The notes beneath the pieces were generated by a model. That model did no database searches. It saw only the letters and a list, made by a program, of their open reading frames with translations, and was not told where the DNA came from. DNA of 58,374 nucleotides, filler included, from Dugesia japonica (Eukaryota): the NCBI GenBank assembly GCA_001938525.1. It is 5 parts of 5 records of this genome, joined end to end, with 100 filler letters (N's around TTAATTAATTAA, not from the genome) between each part and the next. Parts side by side here need not be neighbours in the genome. Positions count along the whole stretch, not along the records: positions 9,639 to 19,076 come from MQRL01643409.1; positions 19,177 to 34,349 come from MQRL01598183.1; 3 more parts are not named here. The stretch is one strand, 5' to 3'. Positions 11,451-21,288 of the stretch are shown here, in pieces. The translations under genes and the position numbers were made by a program. Position 1 is the stretch's first letter, and each line of letters starts with the position of its first letter.

Positions 11451-12479
11451 TCATTCTGGCTCATATTTTTTCTGAGGTTTTACTGATTGATGTGATAGTT
11501 GATATAGTTCATAGGGAGAAACTAGTTCAGTACCTCTTTCGGCGACCATCTGTTTCAGTAATTGTTGGGTGGTGAGCAGGTTTAATTTTAAAATAGATGA
11601 TAGTCGATTGGCCTGTAATTCCACTGCCATTTCTATTCTATGTTTGGACATGTTCCATTCTATTCTGCATGTGGTTGGTCTTATTGCTCCTTGGTTGACT
11701 GGGTTTAGTCCGGAGCATTTTGCTTGATGGAATAATTCGGAGGGTAAATTTTCTACTCCTTTTAATATCAAAGTTTCCCGTTGGCAAACGATGCATTTGA
11801 CGACTCGGTCATTGACCCTTTGTACTACTTATAATCCATCCAACGCCCTGTCTTTCAAGCTGGATAAGTCTATGAATGTTTTCTCTCTTTCCTCGATATT
11901 CCATCTCAGATCTTCTGGGAATGATACTACGGCTAGATTCTTTATTACTTTACAATATAACTTTTTTGTGTTTCTCCATTCTTCCTCGATTTCTAATCTT
12001 TTACCTTTGATTACTGTCGTTTGATTATTTACGTCCAAATCCAATAGAAATGGACATGTCGGGAAACATCGTTTGTGTACCTTATTTGGTACTTCGTGGC
12101 TGCCCCATTTGTATAGGATACCTTGGCAGTATATACATTTTACTCTATCTGGTCGCTCTTTGGTACCGGCATAGTAGAATTCTGATTTAGCTATGGTTTC
12201 GATAAGACCATGTAAATATTTAGGTAATTGGATTAATGATTGTTTCCTGACACTTTCGTCCCGGTACTTCTCATCGAATACTTTCATTACGCTATAACAC
12301 ACCCTTCTTCTGATAAAATTTTCCGGTGCAGCTAAGGTGTTACGATAGTGCATTATTTGTTGAGTTATCGGATTTTGCTGGATTTCTGATCGTCCATGGC
12401 TCATAACAAATAATTCGATATCCGGATCTTCCAACAATAGTCTAGCTTCTTCTATTGATAACTCAAAATTGAATTCCAT
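11451..12479 (-). pseudogene. BIR-domain (inhibitor of apoptosis-like) protein: one canonical and one degenerate BIR, no RING
   Basis: IAKSEFYYAG...DRVKCIYC-x16-H-x6-CPF is the canonical Cx2Cx16Hx6C BIR signature. The frame continues through one TAA (11829-11831) into ORF 11451-11771, giving a second BIR-like unit. Confidence 0.88.
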
Positions 12480-12699
12480 TATCTAAAAAAGGTACATTAC
12501 ATAATATTGTTTTTTATATTATTCCCATACCGTTATTTATTTAGGTGGTTTTCCCTTTTCTGACGTATATACCCATAAACATGCATATATATAAATATAA
12601 ATATTTTATTTGTTTATTTACTTATTTATTTGTTTATTCCTTTTTTATCTAGTTTTATCTATTTTATAAATTTTTTTTTTAACTTCCTCTCTCTTTGAT

Positions 12700-13374
12700 T
12701 TAGACGAAACTGACTGGGTTGTGGACACTCCGGGTCTTGAGTGTCTTAATTTCCCCTTTTTGTGAATTTACTATTTTTTTAAGGTATTCAATTTCTTTTA
12801 TCCGTTCGGACATTAGATCATGTTGTTTGGCTACCAACTCCATTGTATAGTTTTGCTTCTCTGCAATGTTTTCTAGCATTCGTCGATTTTCCACTAGTTG
12901 CTGACGACACATGAGGGTTTCTGCGTGGAGATTTTTGTTCTGAAGTTGTAGGATTTTATTTTTGAATTCCAGTTTGCACCACTCTAATGGTTTTGTTGTT
13001 ATTAAAGTTTGTATTAGTTGATTTTGATTTTGCTCCAGTTTTTCTAAACGTTGTTGAGTCCAGTGGGTTTGTGTCTTAGCACTATTCCACAATTCGCCCA
13101 TTGCTACGTTATGATTTTGCCAGATTTCGTTTATTGTTGTCTGTGTTAATAATTTGTCTGTACAGTTATTTGATTGCGAGAAATTTCTAGTAGGAGATGG
13201 GCTTGCATTAATCTGGGAATACCTGACTTCGTTTTCGGTGGTTATCTCTTTTCGATTCATTTCTAAATGTGAAACATTAATTAACTTCGTTGTTGTTTTT
13301 GTTCTATTTACATATTTGATAAGTATATTTATTTTTACATTATTTACAGGTGCTTTCCCCATATTTAACATACC
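12700..13374 (-). CDS. Retroelement accessory coiled-coil protein
   Basis: Open frame 12700-13536 with a Q/E/K/L-rich heptad C-terminal half. The 5' overlap with the env-like ORF is probably non-coding, so the true start is uncertain. Confidence 0.6.
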   Translation of the reverse strand, partial: GMLNMGKAPVNNVKINILIKYVNRTKTTTKLINVSHLEMNRKEITTENEVRYSQINASPSPTRNFSQSNNCTDKLLTQTTINEIWQNHNVAMGELWNSAKTQTHWTQQRLEKLEQNQNQLIQTLITTKPLEWCKLEFKNKILQLQNKNLHAETLMCRQQLVENRRMLENIAEKQNYTMELVAKQHDLMSERIKEIEYLKKIVNSQKGEIKTLKTRSVHNPVSFV

Positions 13375-14975
13375 ATTATACCCGGTGCCTGATAGTATCC
13401 GGCCCCGTGCACTGGTAATGTGTATGGTGGGTTTTCCAGTAAAATTCCATCGTAACTTGGTGGGGCGATAGGCAATTGCCGCTCCCTCTTTCGGTGGTGG
13501 GGTTTCTTTTTCTTTGGTTTTGAAACACATAGGCAAATAATACTAATTGATAATATTGCAATAATAACTCCTCCGATTCCTAACACATATCCGAGTTCTT
13601 GACTTCTTGTTAGTGGTAATGTGGTCGTAATCCTTATAGGGTCCATCGTAATTGTTTCTATACCTTCCTGGTGAATCGGTCTTGGCTCCATTTTGCGTAT
13701 ATTTGACATCCAGTCGTTCAGAAACTCCGCTCTTCTTACTTCCTTCCCCAGGTTTTCCGGTGTGGTGGTTGTTTGGATTTCGGTAGTAGTTGATAATTTG
13801 GGTATAGGTGTTGACATTTTGGTAATTTGCTTTTGTTTTCCTTGGGTTTTCGTTTTGGTTATTATATCCTGATTAATAACGGTGATGAACTTGAATCCGC
13901 TATATCCTCTGCTATCGAATTTCCATCCCCACTCATAGAGACTCTTGAGTGTATGTACTACTAATCTTTCTACGTTTTCTCTGAATTGCATGTGATATAT
14001 ATCCTTGTCCCTTTTTACCTGTAGAGGGTATGGTCCTGGTTGCCAATATGGTTTCCATCCTTTAAATTCTTGATTGGATATGGAGAGTATCCCATGACCT
14101 TGAATAATTGTTATGCTCTTCTGACCTAGATCTCTGCCTTTCTTATTCCACACAACCGCTCTGTACAACATGTGCTGCCATAACATGGTATGGTAAAGGT
14201 ATTCCTTCTTTGGACATATTTTAGTTAGCTCTCCTTCGTTATTTGTGGTTATCCATTCTTTGTACTTGAGGTTACTCTCCGAATAGGATAGTACAAGGTT
14301 CATTTCTTGGAGTTGTTCGATTTCGTAGTTTGCTTCATAGACCAATGGGCTCTTTTCATTTTTTAACGTTGCGTCCCAGAATTTTTCTACCAGCCAATTA
14401 CGGGCGTTAATTGACAATAGATTTACTTCNNNTGGTCCTTGACTGAAGAGTTGTATGATAATTTTCTTTTCTGCTTGATGTAGTTTAATCAACGTGCTTT
14501 TTTGGCTTTTGATTGCCGGATTTAGAGTTAGTTGCCCATAACTATAAAGTGCTTGGGTTCTTTGTTCCCTCCGCAGCCCGATATGACTTATTGTTACGGC
14601 GTGTAATTTCTTTTCCTTGATGAATATCCCATGTTCCGTTAGCACTGGTTCGTTTATCTGGCATTCTTGTCCACTGATTCTTTTTAGGATTATCATTATG
14701 GTTGCCAGTATGATTTGTCCACTGTGCATCCTATTCTGAGATACCGCTCGCGTTTGTGGTGTCGCCAAAGTAGGTAATGAGAGTCCTACTAAAATTATTC
14801 CGGTGATCCCATATAGCATTAGTGATATGGGAAGTCCTCTTTCCATATTTCTGATTAACCTCATTGTCAACCATATTAATATGCCATAGTCCCAATTTAT
14901 GTTGATTACTGCCCATAACATTAGAGATAATCTCATTATTATTTCTGCCGTATTCCTCTGTTCCTTTTCTTGCAA
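13365..14975 (-). CDS. Env-like membrane protein
   Basis: 536 aa at the env position. N-terminal hydrophobic segments, ectodomain, Thr-rich stalk, TM helix LGYVLGIGGVIIAILSISIICLCV, KPKKKK stop-transfer, cytoplasmic PPSY. No known fusogen family recognised. Confidence 0.7.
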   Translation of the reverse strand: MQEKEQRNTAEIIMRLSLMLWAVININWDYGILIWLTMRLIRNMERGLPISLMLYGITGIILVGLSLPTLATPQTRAVSQNRMHSGQIILATIMIILKRISGQECQINEPVLTEHGIFIKEKKLHAVTISHIGLRREQRTQALYSYGQLTLNPAIKSQKSTLIKLHQAEKKIIIQLFSQGPXEVNLLSINARNWLVEKFWDATLKNEKSPLVYEANYEIEQLQEMNLVLSYSESNLKYKEWITTNNEGELTKICPKKEYLYHTMLWQHMLYRAVVWNKKGRDLGQKSITIIQGHGILSISNQEFKGWKPYWQPGPYPLQVKRDKDIYHMQFRENVERLVVHTLKSLYEWGWKFDSRGYSGFKFITVINQDIITKTKTQGKQKQITKMSTPIPKLSTTTEIQTTTTPENLGKEVRRAEFLNDWMSNIRKMEPRPIHQEGIETITMDPIRITTTLPLTRSQELGYVLGIGGVIIAILSISIICLCVSKPKKKKPHHRKRERQLPIAPPSYDGILLENPPYTLPVHGAGYYQAPGIMVC

Positions 14976-15065
14976 TAGTTTCTATTTTGGTTTACTTGGT
15001 TCTATTTGCTCCGCTTCATCCGATATCCAGATCATTTTCCTTTTCTTTGCCCTTTTAGATGTTGT

Positions 15066-16498
15066 TCAGACTATTTGCTTTCTTCCCCCATCTTCTTGAC
15101 CTTGTACCTTTTTCTTTGTTGACTCTCTTTGTTTTTTCCATTTTCCGATGAGTTTTGTGATATCCGTCCTTGATGTTCTCTTTATCCTTTGCAATTCTAA
15201 TTCTGTATTTCCTGAATTTGCGGTAGGTAGACCCGTTTCTTGTTTTATTAAATTCTCTTTTTCCGGTATTAATCCTTCCCCGTTTTCTTCAAACTCAGCG
15301 TCCTCGCTGAGACTGTTCTTCTTCATCACTGTTTCCTTACCCCCTGGTAAAGGAGTTATTAGTGCTTTACTGAGCACCGTCATGGCTTGCTGTGATCGTA
15401 ATGGATAGCTATGTGATATATTTAGTTCCAAGCTTTCCGACTTACGTGGCCGACCTGGCCCTTTCCGGTCGGTCGAGGTGATCTCAGTGCTTGGTGCTGG
15501 TGTGGCTATTTCTGATGACGCCGCCTTCTTACACAGGTTGGCGTGGTATATTTTAGGTTTCTCCAATAAGTTTCCCTTTTTCCGAACCTTGAGATTAGTT
15601 TCTGTTACTTCAATCACCTCATACGGTCCTTGCCATGGTCTTTTTAATTTCGAAGTAGTGCCGACACAGATGTCTGGCAGATTGATTAATACCATGTCGC
15701 CTTTTTTAAAGGAACTTTTCATTGCTGATTTATCATGTAGATCCTTGTAGCTTTCCTGGTAGAAACCTACATTCTCCTTTGCCTGTTTCCAGATTTTCTG
15801 CATGGTTTCCTTGAAATTTGCCGCAAAATCCGTTTCGTCTTGATATTGTGTTATCGGTGGCTGAAATTCTAAGTCCATAGGCATGTTGCACTCCTTACCA
15901 TACATTAGACCGAATGGCGTATATTTAGTTGCCGGATGTACACTCATCCGATACGCGAATAAGCAAAGTTGAATATGTTTATCCCAATTATTTTGTTCNN
16001 NNNNNNNNNNNNNNNNNNNNNNNNNNNNNNNNNNNNNNTTAAATCGTTCCGTTAACCCATCCGTTTGTGGGTGGTAAGGTGAGGTTTGTAATTGGTGAAT
16101 TTTTAGGAAACTTGATACTTCGGCCAAAATGTTGCTCATAAAGTTCTTCCCTTGATCCGTCAATATTCTCTTAGGTGTACCATATCTACTGAAAATTTTT
16201 CGCACCAGGATATCTGCGATGATGGTTGCTTTCTGATTTTTCATAGGGAATGCTTCTGGAAATTTAGATAAGTAATCCATTATGGTGAGGATGTAGATAT
16301 TCCCGCTTAACGTGGGTGGTAGTGGTCCTACCACATCCATAGCAATGATTTCCATTGGTGCTGCTGGTACTGCAAGGGGTTTTAGTAGGGCTTTTACTCT
16401 TTTCCCTGTTCCTCTTCTGGCTGCACATATTTGACATTTAGCGATCCACTCTTTCACCGACTCCGTCATGTGTGGCCAGTAATATTTCTGTCTTAGTT
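15066..16498 (-). CDS. pol: Gypsy integrase with GPY/F motif and C-terminal extension
   Basis: YYWP..CxxC zinc-binding end, MDVVGPLP, TDQGKNF, SPYHPQTDGLTERF (DDE), WQGPYEV, then PGRPRK and HSYPLRS. Confidence 0.95.
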
Positions 16499-16747
16499 NN
16501 NNNNNNNNNNNNNNNNNNNNNNNNNNNNNNNNNNNNNNNNNNNNNNNNNNNNNNNNNNNNNNNNNNNNNNNNNNNNNNNNNNNNNNNNNNNNNNNNNNNN
16601 NNNNNNNNNNNNNNNNNNNNNNNNNNNNNNNNNNNNNNNNNNNTTCTTTAAATGCTCTTTCATCTTGGGCTCACATTCTAATTTTTCTAAATTGTAATTT
16701 TCCATATATTTCGTGATGGTCTTTATCTCCTCGTCGTCTATTTGCTC

Positions 16748-18826
16748 CTATTTCAATCCGTCGAAATTTCTATCTTCGGCTAAAATAAAATATACCATGC
16801 CTACTTTCTTTTCCAACAATTCGCGTAAGGTAAACGTTTCTGTATCTTTTGGTGTGTTGTCTGTAGCTTCTGGTCCGCCGATTCTGGACAGGCAATCGGC
16901 ATTGGAGTTTGCCTTACCGGTTTTAAATTTTAATAGGGGACAATAATCTTGCATTGCCAATTGCCACTTGGCCATTCTATTCCATCGCAGTGGTTTCTGN
17001 NNNNNNNNNNNNNNNNNNNNNNNNNNNNNNNNNNNNNNNNNNNNNNNNNNNNNNNNNNNNNNNNNNNNNTGTTTAGTGGCTTTTACAATAGCCATTATTT
17101 CTCGTTCTGTGGTACTGTAGTTTAATTCTGCTCCTTGAAATTTCTTGCTGAAATACGCTATTACTCTTTCTCTCCTTTGTTCATCCAATTGACTTAATAC
17201 TGCGCCCATCGCGTATCCACTAGCGTCGGTGGCTAGTATAAATGGCTTTTTAAAATCTGGGTGTACCAGAATTGGTGCTGTCAGCAATTTATCTCGTAAT
17301 GTTTCGAATGCCTGTTGTTGTTCCGGCCCCCATATGAATGCAGTGTCTTGTCTGACCAATTCTTGCATAGGTTTTGCGATTTTTGCAAAGTCCTTGATAA
17401 ATTTACGATAATAGTTTGCGAGCCCGAGAAATTCTTGTATTTTAAGCACACAATTTGGTGGTGCTAGATTTCGTATCTTCTCTGTGTTTCGCGGATCTGG
17501 TTCTTTCTCTTTATCAGATATGAGGTGGCCTAAATATGTCACCTTATTCTTGGCCCACTCGCATTTGGTAGGTTTCAGCTTTAAATTCCATTTACGCAAT
17601 CTCACGAACACACTTCGTAAATCATTGAGATTTCCTTCGAATGTTAGGGAGTAGATTAACAGATCATCGATATAGGCCATACATTGAGATATGCCGTGTG
17701 TCACGTAATTCATCATTCGTTGAAATGAAGCTGGGGCATTGGTAAGTCCAAATGGCATACGGATAAACTGATACAAATCCTTGCCTGTAGAAAAGGCTGT
17801 TTTTTCTCTGTCTTCTGGTTTGATCTTTATTTGCCAGTAACCGCTTCGTAAATCTAGTGTGGTGAATATTTTAGCATTACACACTAGTTGCAACAGTTCA
17901 TTGATATCCGGTAATGGGTATGTATCTTTCTTAGTCTGGGCATTTAATCTTCTGTAATCGATACAAAATCTTTGCGTCCCATCTTTTTTATCTACTAACA
18001 CCACTGGCGACTGCCAGGGTGAGCAGCTGGGTTCTATAACGCCGATTTTCACTAATTTGGCTGTTTCCTTATTTGCGAATTCTTTTTTCTCCACTGTCAT
18101 GGCATATGGTTTTTGTTTACATGGGGTTTCGTCTGTCAGTGGAATGGTATGCATGGTTGCGGTGCACATGCCTAATTCCTCATCGGTCCATGCAAAAATA
18201 TCTCGAAATTCCTCTAGTAATTGCAGTATCGCTTGTTTCTGATTCTCCGTCAAAGTCTCGGTTTCTACTTTAAATGTCCGATCGATTTCTGGTTCGGCGG
18301 CTACTTCGTCCCTTACGGCGGGTTCTGGTTCGATGGGTGTTAATGTGCCCATCCTGGAATTTGGCTTGATTTTGATGTCTTTTTCCGTGAAGTTAATCAG
18401 GCTGACTGGTATTTCCCCACTTTTATTTACGGTGGTTATTCCTCCTGCCGTAGGTAGTTCGTACTGGTGTGCAAATCCGTCATAAGGTTCAAAATAACTA
18501 TCTCCTTCATAAGCACTTTTGGTGCTGACCACACAATATACTTGACATCTACTTGGCACCAAAATTTCCTCTGTGGTAAATACCTCGTGATCCTTCACGT
18601 GGGTATATCCTTCCAATGATTGTAATCGTAATGTTGAGAAATTCAATATTCCATTTTTCATCAATACGGGAAGAATGTCTGTTCCTAAGATGCATTGTCC
18701 CATCATTTCTACTACAATCATATTATGTCTAATTTTATTGTCTTGGTACTCGACTTCACAGGTCAATTCCCCAAAAATTTTTAGACTACCACCATTAGCT
18801 ACATCTGCTGTAGTGTTCGTAGGCAT
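16748..18826 (-). CDS. pol: Gypsy Pol: protease C-terminus, reverse transcriptase, RNase H
   Basis: ILGTD; SPWQSPVVLVDKKDG, RFCIDYRRLN, LDLRSGYWQI, RMPFGLTNAPASFQ, YIDD; RNase H TDASG...NYSTTERE...ADCLSR. Confidence 0.97.
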   Translation of the reverse strand: MPTNTTADVANGGSLKIFGELTCEVEYQDNKIRHNMIVVEMMGQCILGTDILPVLMKNGILNFSTLRLQSLEGYTHVKDHEVFTTEEILVPSRCQVYCVVSTKSAYEGDSYFEPYDGFAHQYELPTAGGITTVNKSGEIPVSLINFTEKDIKIKPNSRMGTLTPIEPEPAVRDEVAAEPEIDRTFKVETETLTENQKQAILQLLEEFRDIFAWTDEELGMCTATMHTIPLTDETPCKQKPYAMTVEKKEFANKETAKLVKIGVIEPSCSPWQSPVVLVDKKDGTQRFCIDYRRLNAQTKKDTYPLPDINELLQLVCNAKIFTTLDLRSGYWQIKIKPEDREKTAFSTGKDLYQFIRMPFGLTNAPASFQRMMNYVTHGISQCMAYIDDLLIYSLTFEGNLNDLRSVFVRLRKWNLKLKPTKCEWAKNKVTYLGHLISDKEKEPDPRNTEKIRNLAPPNCVLKIQEFLGLANYYRKFIKDFAKIAKPMQELVRQDTAFIWGPEQQQAFETLRDKLLTAPILVHPDFKKPFILATDASGYAMGAVLSQLDEQRRERVIAYFSKKFQGAELNYSTTEREIMAIVKATKXXXXXXXXXXXXXXXXXXXXXXXXQKPLRWNRMAKWQLAMQDYCPLLKFKTGKANSNADCLSRIGGPEATDNTPKDTETFTLRELLEKKVGMVYFILAEDRNFDGLK

Positions 18827-18835
18827 TATGTTTTT

Positions 18836-19063
18836 TTATTCGGTTATTGCAATTTCATCGATAGATAACAGTGATATGGTGTCTCCGGTATCCACTAGAG
18901 CGGTTATGGGTCGACCGTTAATTTTAATGATAATAGTTAATACGGGTCCACCATTGAGACCTGCGCATACTACATTCGATGAGATATTACCGGCATTTGT
19001 TTGTGTTTTGCTTTTCCATCTGGGTTCTCTCTCCTGGAACCGTATCCAGTCATCCTTTATCAT
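18836..19063 (-). pseudogene. pol: Retropepsin active-site segment, frameshifted from the rest of Pol
   Basis: INGRPITALVDTG catalytic motif. The frameshift lies at an A-run near 18830-18838. Confidence 0.85.
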
Positions 19064-20189
19064 GGTGGTTGTATTGNNNNNNNNNNNNNNNNNNNNNNNN
19101 NNNNNNNNNNNNNNNNNNNNTTAATTAATTAANNNNNNNNNNNNNNNNNNNNNNNNNNNNNNNNNNNNNNNNNNNNAAATGGATAAATCTGATACATCAT
19201 TGAATAATTATTATTGCTGATTTAGCAAAAAATGAATCAATTTGATCCATAATTATTATTATTATTATTTTCTCTTAAAAATTATTTATATATTTACAAG
19301 AAAACCTTTTTTAGAAGTTAAATTGATTAATACGAGAACTCCTACACATAGAATTGTATTATATTTAATAATTTTTTGTCGAAAGTAATTCATTCTTTGA
19401 ATATTTTATTGAGGTAATAATTTTTTTTAACCCTCTCTTTTGATATATATAATTATAATAAGCTACATAATTAATTTATACGGGATATAAGTTACTTCTA
19501 CTTGTTGGGTGGAATCGACATAAGTTTTTACCCTTTTAAATATTTATAAGACTTATTGAGATAAATACTGTTACCTTCAACGATGTATAATAAGTAATAA
19601 AACCATAATAATTTATTTATGTCATTTTATCCATTCGAACATCCAACAAAATTATATTCGATACATTATGTACTTATTATAGTGACAAAATATTTTCAAA
19701 TTACCGAAAACTGAATTTTGAATAAATGCTATATGGAAATTTTATAAATTGCCAAAAAAGGAATTGGAATACCGTTCCAATACGCTGGGTTGAATACAGA
19801 CATTTATTTTTATTTGATTTAACTGTACGATTTCTAATATTATGTGACAATCCTTTTTCAATATATTTTTATTTACAATATTATTTTACCACAAACGTAA
19901 ATTGTTTATGAAATTTTCACTGAGAATTTTATGATAATAATTTATAATAACAATTAATGTAAATTTTAATTGAATGGAAAATTCTACAATCCATAATAAA
20001 AATTTTAGGTACTTGTCTTGAAAATTCATCAAAATAATCATTTAATTTAAATTTAATTGTGTTATTGATATTCAGAAAGTCAAGTTATTGTAGCATTGTT
20101 TATTCTTGCAAATTTCAACCAAAATGAATTTTTCGAAATTAATCCAGCTGGTGCATGATACGCATAGTAGCATTTCGTTTTTTTAATAG

Positions 20190-20640
20190 TGTGGCATTCT
20201 TTGAATGAAAGACTTTGTTCTAACAGTCATCAAAAGACCCTTTCCATAACAGATAAAGCGAGATGGCGTTGCCGTAGATGAGAATGTCATCTGGATATTG
20301 CTATCAAAAATGGTTCTTGGTTCCAAAAAGTTCATCATCATGTTATTCTCTTTATTTATTATTAGTCACATGAAATGGCGTCGATGTATTTTTGTGAACG
20401 TGAACTACGCATTTCCGAATCAACTGTGGTGGAATACAATAACTACTTGAAAGAAGTTTGTGCAGCGTTTATCATCGTGAGCTGTTCAACAGCAGTGAGT
20501 GTTTGGTGGTATATACCGTGAAACTCGGGATTGATTCTTATTTGAAGTACTTGACAGAAGTTCGGCAACGTTACTTCTCGTTATAATAGATTGTATCAGA
20601 CCTGGATCTATCATCATAAGTGATGTGGAGAAGCTAATCA
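20190..20640 (+). pseudogene. Merlin (IS1595/ISXO2-like) transposase remnant
   Basis: Across frameshifts: WRCRR*EC..IKNGSWF, STVVEYNNYLKEVC, QQ*VFGGIYRETRD*FLFEVLDRSSATLL..IIDCIRPGSIIISD. The first catalytic Asp segment appears deleted. Confidence 0.8.
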
Positions 20641-21288
20641 GAGATAGCGAATTTATGTCGTAATTATACTCACATGACGACATATTTAAATTGATTAAAG
20701 TTAATTTGGTATTCACGTTGAATAGTTTTAAAATTTTGTTTCTTTATTAAATTGCAATTTTCACGATATGATTAAATCGATCGAAGTTAATTTAACATCC
20801 ACTTCAAAGAGTTCATTTTTAATTTTTGTATTATTTAAATTAATCTGTTGAGAAACGGTGTGGAGTTAATAAGCAATACCGATCTAAGTATNTTCAAATA
20901 ATAATAATTGTATCCTAACATCTAGTCTAAACTCCGTTAAATCTTTAGGTTTCGTTAAAATTTAATTGCTTAGGGAAATTCTTGTAAAAACTCCGTTGGG
21001 GTTCGAGCAAGGAAGAAGTTTATTTCTTCTCTCGTTCGAATTTCAGGAGTGGGGACGAAAAAACGATAGGCCATAGGCCGAACAATAGTTGCCTTTAATG
21101 AATTATTAATAAATTTTGTATTTTCCTATCTCTATTGATTTTATCATCNCAGATGTACAAACTAAAAGGAGATTATGCATGAACAAAATCTAAGAAATAT
21201 CAATGACTTGAAATGAAATTAATTAAAAAGTACAAATCGAAAAACAAAATCAAAATTTACAATTTTCTGATAATTGGAATTATCGACT

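Larger units (their letters stand above)
9639..19076 (-). mobile_element. Ty3/Gypsy LTR retrotransposon with env-like and accessory genes (gag and 5' LTR missing at contig end; decayed)
   Basis: PR-RT-RH-IN domain order, then four co-oriented accessory ORFs, then a PPT and a TG-initiated LTR. Confidence 0.93.

Noticed and set aside
10632-19124. Plus-strand ORFs overlapping the Gypsy genes
   Set aside because: Antisense shadows of motif-bearing minus-strand genes, with no independent support.
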